Virus record (IMG/VR): IMGVR_UViG_3300024299_000001
Coordinates: 1-64,000 of that record
Direction: 5' to 3' (one strand)
Length of the DNA stretch: 64,000 nt
Source: a virus
The notes under the pieces: generated by a model
Databases searched by the model: none
The model's input: only the letters and a program-made list of their open reading frames with translations
Told to the model about the DNA's origin: nothing
Shown: positions 17,302 through 24,809 of the stretch, piece by piece
How positions within the stretch are numbered: position 1 is the stretch's first letter
Layout of the letters: every line of letters starts with the position of its first letter
Position numbers and translations under genes: made by a program

Positions 17302-17490
17302 TCTAAACGTGTTAACATTTCAATGCCTGAAGAATTATATGCAGACGTTAAGAAATATAATCTTAATACTTCTAAAGTATGTCAAAAAGCTTTAGAGACT
17401 GCAATACGATTTGAGAAAGGTAAACGCCGACACCGTCAAAGCATGATTGATAATGCTCATCACATTATCAAAGCTTTACAGCGTGCTTAA
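17299..17490 (+). CDS. Ribbon-helix-helix (CopG/Arc-like) small DNA-binding protein
   Basis: KRVNISMPEELYADVKKY..NTSKVCQKALE fits the RHH strand-helix-helix pattern. Confidence 0.45.
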   Translation: MSKRVNISMPEELYADVKKYNLNTSKVCQKALETAIRFEKGKRRHRQSMIDNAHHIIKALQRA

Positions 17491-17573
17491 AACTCAATGC
17501 CTTAACCATCCGACGCGTCTGGGTGATGTAAAACTTGGCGCACTAACTCTAACCCTTAACAAGGAGGATGATT

Positions 17574-17915
17574 ATGACTGAAACATTATTTACATGTATG
17601 ACACTGGCTGAAGCATTAACTAAAGAAGCTGACGCAGTAAGAAAAACTGAAGACGACATGATGTCTTATGTCGAATGTTACAACGGCCTCGAGCGTATAC
17701 ACCACGATCTGTATACACATGCTGAACTCGATGATCTTAGCGAGACGCTTGAAGCGAACGGCACATGTGACATAAGCATGGACCTTGTACGAATAATGAA
17801 CATATGTCTTGACGGCTTCGGTAAATCTGACGTAGCAAATACACTACGACTACCGATTAGCAACAAGATAATGCAACTCGTACACTTTCTTCATTATCTG
17901 CACAACATGAGTTAA
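17574..17915 (+). CDS. Early hypothetical protein
   Basis: 113 aa. It is preceded by the RBS half of the module (AACCCTTAACAAGGAGG) without the hairpin. Confidence 0.55.
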   Translation: MTETLFTCMTLAEALTKEADAVRKTEDDMMSYVECYNGLERIHHDLYTHAELDDLSETLEANGTCDISMDLVRIMNICLDGFGKSDVANTLRLPISNKIMQLVHFLHYLHNMS

Positions 17916-17930
17916 CCACTAACAAACACC

Positions 17931-17986
17931 AATGCCTCATTGCTTATGATTTACTATCATAGGCGGTGAGGCATTGATGATAGTAA
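17931..17986 (+). promoter_or_regulatory. Two interleaved inverted repeats in A-B-A'-B' order (pseudoknot topology)
   Basis: A is AATGCCTCA (17931-39) and A' is TGAGGCATT (17967-75). B is TTACTATCAT (17951-60) and B' is ATGATAGTAA (17977-86). Confidence 0.7.
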
Positions 17987-18120
17987 GCCCGGCCCAGTGG
18001 GAGAGCGCGGCCAAGTATCAACCAGTACAGAAGATCACGGTCCAGCATCAGCTCACCATCGTCCCAATTTACTATCACCCGGCCCCGCTGGAGAGCTCGG
18101 CCAAGCGCGATACCCAGTCC

Positions 18121-18170
18121 CACACCAATTGCACCCGGCTATTTACTTCCCCGTGCTTTGGTGATATAAT
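18121..18170 (+). promoter_or_regulatory. Sigma70-type promoter cassette P1: TTTACT-17 nt-TGaTATAAT with upstream CACCAATT box
   Basis: The -35 is at 18142-47 and the -10 at 18165-70, with extended TG at 18162-63. Confidence 0.8.
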
Positions 18171-18232
18171 TATATTATAAAGAGTGAGGGAATAATCCTT
18201 CATTTAATAAATACCAAGCAAGGAGGTCCAAC

Positions 18233-18562
18233 ATGGCCAAAGAATTGATGAGTATGACCAAAGAAGAATTGGTGGCAATGATTGAAGCACAGTCAGTAGA
18301 GATCAACAAAGTGAAGGATGCAGCTGGTGGCCGGAAACTTCAGGTATTGAAGATACTTCAGACTGGAGACCACACCACAGTGAAAGCCATCGCTGCAAGA
18401 ATCGGTATCTCAGACAGGAATGTCTCATCTCAAATGACGTACCTCCGCAAGGACGGATATGCCATCGCAACAGACAGTCTTGGCCGGAAGTTTCTTGAAT
18501 CCACAGGTCAGGTGCATGAATCAGCTGGAGCCAAGGTTATAACCAGAAAGAAAGCAGTATAA
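18233..18562 (+). CDS. Winged-helix DNA-binding protein, paralog 2
   Basis: 109 aa with RBS AAGGAGG. It contains VKAIAARIGISDRNVSSQMTYLRKDGYAIATDSLGRKFLE. Confidence 0.7.
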   Translation: MAKELMSMTKEELVAMIEAQSVEINKVKDAAGGRKLQVLKILQTGDHTTVKAIAARIGISDRNVSSQMTYLRKDGYAIATDSLGRKFLESTGQVHESAGAKVITRKKAV

Positions 18563-18620
18563 CAAATAACCTGTGCGGTGAGTCTATCTCACCGCACAAT
18601 TTAATCAGGAGGAACTCAGT

Positions 18621-18749
18621 ATGGTTGATTATTATGATGAGTACAGCGACGAAGAGTATGAGGATCTTGACATTGAATTCTTTGTACCCGACTCGCCAGG
18701 TAGACGGTGTAACTGTGAAGACGCACCGTGTTGTGGATGCAATCAATAA
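18621..18749 (+). CDS. Small acidic, Cys-rich protein (42 aa; hand-called)
   Basis: AGGAGGAACTCAGT-ATG has the same RBS and spacer as the next gene. The product is MVDYYDEYSDEEYEDL...CNCEDAPCCGCNQ. It is below the ORF-track size cut-off. Confidence 0.45.
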   Translation: MVDYYDEYSDEEYEDLDIEFFVPDSPGRRCNCEDAPCCGCNQ

Positions 18750-18764
18750 CGGGAGGAACTCAGT

Positions 18765-18953
18765 ATGGCCAAGAAGAGAGTCTTTAAAGAGCATATCGTC
18801 ACGGCTGTGATCATCAATCACCAGCTGTATGTGATGGACTTTGTTGAGCAGTATGAATCAGTAGAACATGCGATCTTTGCAAAGTTCGGCATCGACGCTG
18901 ACAATGAAAATTATCACGTACTGTGGAGTGGTCCACGATACCACATAGGTTAA
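18765..18953 (+). CDS. Hypothetical protein
   Basis: 62 aa with RBS GGGAGGAACTCAGT. Confidence 0.55.
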   Translation: MAKKRVFKEHIVTAVIINHQLYVMDFVEQYESVEHAIFAKFGIDADNENYHVLWSGPRYHIG

Positions 18954-18957
18954 CAGT

Positions 18958-18996
18958 AATGCCCGGGCATCTCAATGTGTCCGGGCATTTTTATTT
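18958..18996 (+). terminator. Rho-independent terminator
   Basis: AATGCCCGG ... CCGGGCATT is a 9-bp stem followed by TTTTATTT. Confidence 0.75.
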
Positions 18997-19050
18997 ACTA
19001 TCATCGGCGGGACTGGAGAGCTCGACCAAATAAGATCTGGATTCTAGAAA

Positions 19051-19068
19051 AATGAGCGACCGCTCATT
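19051..19068. promoter_or_regulatory. 18-bp palindrome AATGAGCG-ac-CGCTCATT (operator-like)
   Basis: Perfect 8-bp arms. GCTCAT half-sites recur at about 19370 and about 19627. Confidence 0.5.
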
Positions 19069-19386
19069 GTGGCTACTTCATAGCTACATTTGCTCTAAGC
19101 TACTGATTTTACTACATATAACCAGAGGTAAAATCGAGCTAAATTTAGGTCTTTTTATATTCTATTAACTCTTTTTATCTAACTACTTGTTTTTATTATA
19201 TATATTAATAAAATTGAAAGAATTAAGAGAAATATAATATAATAGAAATACAAGGTTGTAAAAGACCTGGGGTTATTGTATATATAGGCTACGGTGTATG
19301 TATTATTGATCCTTTTTACCCTTCTGTAGCTTAAAAGGATAGAAAAGTTTTTATTGAAATTAGCTCATGCTCTTCAAAAAAGGACA

Positions 19387-19600
19387 GAATATCTAATAAA
19401 ATCAGCTACTTAGAAAATAAGAGTCATTTTAAGCAAAATGAGAATACCTAGTTATATCAGCTACTTAGAGACAAAGAATTACCGCGAGGCTCTTTGTAGA
19501 CTACGCACTTTTTGAGAGAATACCTAATAAAATCAATAGCTTAGGCCCATTTTCTCGAAATATACACGAAATAAATTATCTAATAATATCAGCTACTTAA
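19387..19600. repeat. Four direct, imperfect 27-bp repeats (GAATAYCTAATAAAATCAGCTACTTAG) separated by 28, 49 and 29 nt; one inverted partial copy at 19095..19111
   Basis: Copies lie at 19387, 19442, 19518 and 19574. They sit inside an 820-bp non-coding region. Confidence 0.8.
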
Positions 19601-19673
19601 GTTTGAGCCGTCATTCATTTTTTATTAGCTCATTTAACCTGAAATATTAACCCACAAACACACAAAGTGCGCT

Positions 19674-19724
19674 CAACACCAATTATCTCTGGCTATTTAC
19701 TTTCCAGCTCTTTGGTGATATAAT
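19674..19724 (+). promoter_or_regulatory. Sigma70-type promoter cassette P2
   Basis: The -35 TTTACT is at 19696-701, the spacer is 17 nt, and TGaTATAAT places the -10 at 19719-24. A CACCAATT box lies upstream. Confidence 0.8.
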
Positions 19725-19779
19725 TATATTATAGAAGTGAGAAGGAATTAAAAATCAACACTTAAGCAAGGAGTCCCGT

Positions 19780-20121
19780 ATGAGAGACACATTAACACTA
19801 GAGGCTATCCGTGAAGACTTAACCAGTGTGCGCAAGCTCATCAGAGTGCGCAAGCCAGAAACAAAAGAGTATGACTTAGACTACTACAACGCAAGAGACT
19901 TACTTATTAGGTTGAACAACAACTTATACACACTACCTATCTCTGGTTGGCTAGAGAATGAAGGCACACTAGATATAGACATGGCACTAATTGATCTAAT
20001 CTACTTCATCAACAACCACAAGCTCAAACAACTCAATGAAGCACTTTATCAAACTATTAATCTGGTTGACGCGATCAGCTACAGATGCGCAACACGATTT
20101 GACTCACTGACCGAGGTATAA
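19780..20121 (+). CDS. Hypothetical protein
   Basis: 113 aa with RBS AAGGAG. Confidence 0.6.
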   Translation: MRDTLTLEAIREDLTSVRKLIRVRKPETKEYDLDYYNARDLLIRLNNNLYTLPISGWLENEGTLDIDMALIDLIYFINNHKLKQLNEALYQTINLVDAISYRCATRFDSLTEV

Positions 20122-20161
20122 CAAAGTTAAAATTAACACCAAAAGCAAGGAGGCCAACATC

Positions 20162-20494
20162 ATGGCACAGCATGATCCAAGACACCGCAACTCACTCCAC
20201 AAGCTAAGTAACAATGAAGCATACCTTAACTTAGGGTTCATACCCATCACGACAGGCAGAGGCCAACAAGCTCTGTACATGGTAACTACGTTCGGCTCCT
20301 ATTTCTGGTTAACAGACTTAAACGGCGACGCTCTGCCCAAGGACTCAGACAAACAACTCTCATTCTGCATGTACGATGGAGACACTAACGCACTGCTCTA
20401 CTACAAAGACATTCCAAACTTAGTTACTAATGTCGTCATGCACATCTCTCTGGCTGTTGATGACTACATACTTAAAACAAGGAGGCCAAACTAA
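20162..20494 (+). CDS. Hypothetical protein
   Basis: 110 aa with RBS AAGGAGG. Confidence 0.6.
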   Translation: MAQHDPRHRNSLHKLSNNEAYLNLGFIPITTGRGQQALYMVTTFGSYFWLTDLNGDALPKDSDKQLSFCMYDGDTNALLYYKDIPNLVTNVVMHISLAVDDYILKTRRPN

Positions 20495-20713
20495 ATGATT
20501 AGCAACGCTGAATTATCACAAAGGCAAACTCTGCGTGACCGTGGCGAAAGCCCTGACAAGTTAGACAAGGAGACGACTGAGGAGTTTCTGCAACGAGGTG
20601 GTAGGATTGCAAAGATTCCGAGGGGTATGAGTGGTGAGACATTTAACGCGTTCCAATGCACGAAGGAGGCACATAAGGATGGCACAGTCAACGATCCAAA
20701 AGAAACAAAATAA
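20495..20713 (+). CDS. Hypothetical small protein
   Basis: 72 aa with RBS AAGGAGG. Confidence 0.55.
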   Translation: MISNAELSQRQTLRDRGESPDKLDKETTEEFLQRGGRIAKIPRGMSGETFNAFQCTKEAHKDGTVNDPKETK

Positions 20714-20742
20714 GAAATCTGTATTTTATTTTTCTCGGGGTA

Positions 20743-20771
20743 TTTACAAACCGGTCTTTTTATGTTATAAT
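20743..20771 (+). promoter_or_regulatory. Sigma70-type promoter P3: TTTACA-17 nt-TGtTATAAT
   Basis: The -35 is at 20743-48 and the -10 at 20766-71. Confidence 0.75.
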
Positions 20772-20821
20772 AAGAAGATAGGGTAAAAGAGGATTAGTAA
20801 GACTCTCCTTGTTGTTGAGTG

Positions 20822-20861
20822 GTTGGAGAAACTTAGAACTAGGCCACTAGGTTTCTCCAAC
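20822..20861 (+). promoter_or_regulatory. Perfect 11-bp stem hairpin in the 5' UTR of the primase-helicase gene
   Basis: GTTGGAGAAAC (20822-32) pairs with GTTTCTCCAAC (20851-61) across an 18-nt loop. Confidence 0.65.
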
Positions 20862-20917
20862 ATCCTAACCAACACTCGCAGCACCCACATATAACTCTAC
20901 AACAACAGAGGATATTT

Positions 20918-23302
20918 ATGGCAACTACAGTACTACGTAAAGACGATCCACATTTACTAACACTCACACAACTCAACTTTAAGAAAATTCCCAACTCCCT
21001 TAAGCAGCATCCCTTCTGGATACTATGGCAACCTCGGCATCAGCACAACTCTACAAAGATACTTAAGACCCCATTCGGTGGCAAAGCATGGCAGAAACAG
21101 ATACAGTCCTGGGATGACATTGTGCCGCACTATGGCAAGCAACAAAAGAACATACCGACTGGACTGGGTTTCGTGTTCACCAAGGACCATCCATTTGTGT
21201 GCATCGACATTGACGACGTCACACCGACCAACTCAAGGATGCAAAAAGAACTTGACTCATACACTGAGCGATCTCCTTCTCTCTTGGGTACGCATGTCTG
21301 GGTGCAGCTCTTCAGCATCAAGGACAAAGCGAAGTTAGAATCCTACTTCGGCACTAAACGATTTAATAAGACACACAAACGTGATTTGTTTATATCATCT
21401 GGCTATTGTACTATCACTGGGGGACATGTCAAGACTACCCCGACTGATGTGCGCATTTACTCCTTTGAGGACTTAGTTGACATACTAGGCCAGTACTTCA
21501 ATCAAAAGATTGTCTCCCTGGAAGAGCACCGTCAAGAAGCAGTTCAAACAAGCAAGGTACTATTCCCCCGCACCAAGCGACAAGCACCAATCTCTGCAGA
21601 ACAAGCAAGACTCCTACTACGTAAAATCGACGTCCGCACCTTGACATCTGACATATTCGACAACTTGACTCATCCTACAAGACTAGCGATCCTAAACCCA
21701 GATGAGACAGAAGAAGCGCGTGAACCATGGATGACAATCTGTCAAGCAATTCATCATAACTTTGGTGGTGAGCCAGATGGTCTTCTACTTCTACATGAGT
21801 GGAGTAAGAAGGGTAACAAGTATGACAAAGAGGCACTCATGTCGGTGTACGAGTCATTCTCTACGGCGCCAGAGTTTCTTAATCAACAAAAACCAATAAC
21901 AATCGGTACACTCATTGCGCTGGTCAAAGCACAGAGACCGGACTTCAACGATCTATCTCCGAAGGGAAAGCCTGTCTCCACAATTCAAAACTTAGAGGCG
22001 TACTTCAAGTTCTACAAGTATCATATGGCGTTTAACATCGTCACACGTGAGGTAGACATAGCGATGCCTAAAGCCATAGTAACAACTCTGGCCGACAAGA
22101 CTATTAGAATCTTTGATATAGACAGAGCATATCGTATCATCGCGTCTGAGTTATTGAAGCTCGGTTTCGCGAATAAGAACTTTATAAATCTAAGAGAGTC
22201 AATTCTAGACTATGCTAAAGTAAACTCATATAATCCAATAGAAAACTACTTTAATAAGATATATGCTGAATATGATGAAGCTCAAGATCCATTAGAGGAT
22301 CTTATGAACACTATCACGTTCGACAATACGATACGGACTAAGAATGCTCAAGCAGCGGTCAAGGTGTTCTTTAAGAAGTGGCTGACACAAGTTGTCGCGG
22401 CGGCGAATACCTCACAAACACACTCGACCAGGATATTCAACAACCTGATGATCTTGATCGGTGAACAGGGTGTAGGTAAGACTAAGTGGGTTGCTTCGCT
22501 CTTTCCAAAAGAGATTCAACAATTCTGTGCAGGTAGTGGCAACTTACAGATTAACCAATTTAGAACTGACAACGTGAAGCAAGCTATTGAGTTACAGCGC
22601 ACGTTGATCTGCAACATCAATGAAGTAGACTTACTGTTCAAGGAAGGCTCGTACTCAAAGTTCAAGCAACTTCTGGATGAGACGACCAACTCGATGGTGT
22701 TACCTTATGGCAAGACTGCTGTGCAGATGACACGACGAACAGTATTTATAGGTAGCACGAACAAGCGTCACTTCTTAGTAGATCAAACAGGTAACAGAAG
22801 GATAACTCTGGTCCATGTTGACGACATGAACTCAGAACATACTATGGACCTAGGGCAACTTTGGGCACATGCTGTGCACTGGTACCGTGAAGAAAAATGC
22901 TGGTGGCTTGACCCTAAGAATCCAGAAGATAAGGTGGCAATTGAGGTGCAAAACAAACTAAATATGCAAGGTATGTACATTGGTGATGACGGCTTGATGG
23001 AAGACTTAGATCACTACTTCAAGCTAGACGCTAAGTCAATCCACTACAAGAAAGTAACATTTAAAGACATACGAATGCTGATGCCAAGTCTACATGGTGT
23101 AAAGCTCAACTCTAGGGCATTCAATGTAGCAAAGATGACTTTTCATAACTGGCTAAATCAAACTAAGTTTGGCGAAGTTATGAAGAAGAAAAGTGGCGTT
23201 CGTGCCCAGCAATTCTATTTAGTTCCCCCTATCCGCGAAAAGAAACAAGCTGCATCATTCAAGCAAGCTGCACTACTAGATGAACTAGAATCTCTCGCCT
23301 AG
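20918..23302 (+). CDS. Bifunctional prim-pol / VirE-D5-type primase-helicase
   Basis: The N-terminal GLGFVFTKDHPFVCIDIDD is a prim-pol DxD block. The middle PWMTICQAIHHNFGG is PriCT-like. The P-loop is LIGEQGVGKT. Confidence 0.85.
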   Translation: MATTVLRKDDPHLLTLTQLNFKKIPNSLKQHPFWILWQPRHQHNSTKILKTPFGGKAWQKQIQSWDDIVPHYGKQQKNIPTGLGFVFTKDHPFVCIDIDDVTPTNSRMQKELDSYTERSPSLLGTHVWVQLFSIKDKAKLESYFGTKRFNKTHKRDLFISSGYCTITGGHVKTTPTDVRIYSFEDLVDILGQYFNQKIVSLEEHRQEAVQTSKVLFPRTKRQAPISAEQARLLLRKIDVRTLTSDIFDNLTHPTRLAILNPDETEEAREPWMTICQAIHHNFGGEPDGLLLLHEWSKKGNKYDKEALMSVYESFSTAPEFLNQQKPITIGTLIALVKAQRPDFNDLSPKGKPVSTIQNLEAYFKFYKYHMAFNIVTREVDIAMPKAIVTTLADKTIRIFDIDRAYRIIASELLKLGFANKNFINLRESILDYAKVNSYNPIENYFNKIYAEYDEAQDPLEDLMNTITFDNTIRTKNAQAAVKVFFKKWLTQVVAAANTSQTHSTRIFNNLMILIGEQGVGKTKWVASLFPKEIQQFCAGSGNLQINQFRTDNVKQAIELQRTLICNINEVDLLFKEGSYSKFKQLLDETTNSMVLPYGKTAVQMTRRTVFIGSTNKRHFLVDQTGNRRITLVHVDDMNSEHTMDLGQLWAHAVHWYREEKCWWLDPKNPEDKVAIEVQNKLNMQGMYIGDDGLMEDLDHYFKLDAKSIHYKKVTFKDIRMLMPSLHGVKLNSRAFNVAKMTFHNWLNQTKFGEVMKKKSGVRAQQFYLVPPIREKKQAASFKQAALLDELESLA

Positions 23303-23350
23303 CACCAATTCTCTCCAGCTATTTACAATTCAGTACTTTGGTGATATAAT
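23301..23350 (+). promoter_or_regulatory. Sigma70-type promoter cassette P4
   Basis: The -35 TTTACA is at 23322-27, the spacer is 17 nt, and TGaTATAAT places the -10 at 23345-50. A CACCAATT box lies upstream. Confidence 0.8.
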
Positions 23351-23405
23351 TATTTTATAAGTTGATGAAGGTAAAAACTTTAACTACAAAACGAGGAGGC
23401 TTAGT

Positions 23406-23615
23406 ATGATTAAATGGTTAGGTGAAACAGAATGTAATGTATGCCACAAAGATGCTACAAAAGCCAAGTGGTTTGCTGATGCAAAGACCAAGTACGGTCC
23501 CTGGGCATTAGTATGTGACAAATGCTGTAAGAAGCACTGCATAGCTGTTGGACAGATGTATGATCCAAAGACAAAGGAAAAGATATGCGATTTAAAACAA
23601 GAACATATGTCGTAA
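23406..23615 (+). CDS. Small Cys-rich (zinc-ribbon-like) protein
   Basis: 69 aa with CNVC...CDKCC pairs and RBS GAGGAGG. Confidence 0.55.
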   Translation: MIKWLGETECNVCHKDATKAKWFADAKTKYGPWALVCDKCCKKHCIAVGQMYDPKTKEKICDLKQEHMS

Positions 23616-23639
23616 ACACAAGAACTTACAGGAGGCCTA

Positions 23640-23786
23640 ATGTTAAGATTCTGGAAAGTCTGTCTGGTAATTCACTTCTGCTTATTAATAAGCTCCGCAA
23701 ATGTCTATACAAGCTCGATCTTATTGGTCACATTCTTAATTAGTGGCGTAGGCTACTACACAACAAAGGAGAGACTAGATGTCTAA
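23640..23786 (+). CDS. Small membrane protein (48 aa; hand-called)
   Basis: MLRFWKVCLVIHFCLLISS...ILLVTFLISGVGYY contains two hydrophobic segments. GGAGG lies 4 nt upstream. Confidence 0.35.
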   Translation: MLRFWKVCLVIHFCLLISSANVYTSSILLVTFLISGVGYYTTKERLDV

Positions 23787-23982
23787 TGTAGAATACTTAG
23801 AAATAAGCGAACTTGTAAGTGAAAAAGGTTGGTACTTCTGGGATGAAACAGGAGACGCAATCGGACCATGGAAAAACAAGTGGGCTGCAGAAAAAGTTTT
23901 TTCAGCGTATATTTTTAATGTAATTGAAGGTCAAGACTTTCTTCATTTACATCTTGACAAATTCTTACAACTAAGTCGGTAA
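23779..23982 (+). CDS. Hypothetical protein
   Basis: 67 aa with RBS AAAGGAG. Confidence 0.55.
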   Translation: MSNVEYLEISELVSEKGWYFWDETGDAIGPWKNKWAAEKVFSAYIFNVIEGQDFLHLHLDKFLQLSR

Positions 23983-23995
23983 AGGAGAGATTAAC

Positions 23996-24466
23996 ATGAC
24001 AAGCAAACCATTTTACTATGAACACATAGAGCTGGAAAAAAAAGCAGCCAAACGAACTTATGAAAATAGTCTTGCAGACATTACTAGTACCAGGGAAGAC
24101 TTCTACAATGTTGTAAGAGATGTGGCTGAGGAACTTGAGTTGGTTGATTATAAATCTACTATAATGATTGGCTCATGGCCCAAACGAGCATACGTCAGTG
24201 TCAAGTTGAAGAAACACGATACTATCACCAATGGGGTCAATGAGGTTATAGATACTGTTGAAGAGATTCTTACACCACTTGACTTTAAGATGGACTTAGA
24301 CTGCTCCAAACAACAAGAAGGTTACTATGAACTATACTACAATAAAGGTGTGTTTGTAATTAACATATCTGTATTTATTGCGTCATCAGATAAGTGCAAA
24401 GCTAGACAAGTAGAAGTGACAAAGACTAATACAGAAACAATCTATACATGTGAGGAGGTTGAATAA
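23996..24466 (+). CDS. Hypothetical protein
   Basis: 156 aa with RBS AAAGGAG. Confidence 0.6.
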   Translation: MTSKPFYYEHIELEKKAAKRTYENSLADITSTREDFYNVVRDVAEELELVDYKSTIMIGSWPKRAYVSVKLKKHDTITNGVNEVIDTVEEILTPLDFKMDLDCSKQQEGYYELYYNKGVFVINISVFIASSDKCKARQVEVTKTNTETIYTCEEVE

Positions 24467-24636
24467 TGTATTTCTATAAAAACAACTGGTACAAAAAGAA
24501 CAAACAAGGTATGTGGATGATCGGGTGTTACGGCAACACAAAGTCTAAGACTGCCAAGACATGGTTTAGGTATACAGGCCGATCAGACTTTATGAAAAAA
24601 GTGATGAAAGATGGAGACTGCCTTCATGAACTTTAA
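24466..24636 (+). CDS. Small basic protein (56 aa; hand-called)
   Basis: TAATG overlap with the upstream stop, and GAGGAGG upstream. The product is MYFYKNNWYKKNKQGMW.... Confidence 0.45.
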   Translation: MYFYKNNWYKKNKQGMWMIGCYGNTKSKTAKTWFRYTGRSDFMKKVMKDGDCLHEL

Positions 24637-24808
24637 TACTTTTTTACTGATACTGATTCTGCTATGCATTTGTGTAGTAGCTAAAGGCTTAGATATATAT
24701 AACGCAAATATCCAAGCTCAGTTAAACACGATACAGTATCAAACTTCTGGTTGCTATCCGCATCCAACAGAGATACTTAAAGACGTGAAACTAAAGGAGA
24801 AGAACTAA
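24611..24808 (+). CDS. Small membrane protein (start may be the ATG at 24626)
   Basis: NFNTFLLILILLCICVVAKG is a hydrophobic N-terminus. Confidence 0.5.
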   Translation: METAFMNFNTFLLILILLCICVVAKGLDIYNANIQAQLNTIQYQTSGCYPHPTEILKDVKLKEKN

Positions 24809-24809
24809 T

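Noticed and set aside
18089-18105. Sigma54 promoter reading of CTGGAGAGCTCGGCC
   Set aside because: The GG-to-GC spacing is 8 nt, not the 10 nt required for -24/-12 promoters.
17974-18180. 68-aa ORF in the 17.95-18.2 kb gap
   Set aside because: It has no RBS. The peptide repeats (SPAQWESAAKY / HPAPLESSAKR) mirror the DNA repeat, and it runs straight through promoter P1. I treat it as non-coding repeat DNA.
18625-18810. 61-aa ORF (MIIMMSTATKS...) from the ORF track
   Set aside because: It is in a different frame from two consecutive ORFs (18621 and 18765) that each have the identical AGGAGGAACTCAGT RBS and spacer. It would overlap both.
19387-19600. Calling this a bona fide CRISPR array
   Set aside because: Only four repeats are present, each with several mismatches. 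Spacing is irregular at 28, 49 and 29 nt, and I found no leader or cas context that I can verify. I keep it as a finding with the iteron reading preferred, not as a CRISPR feature.
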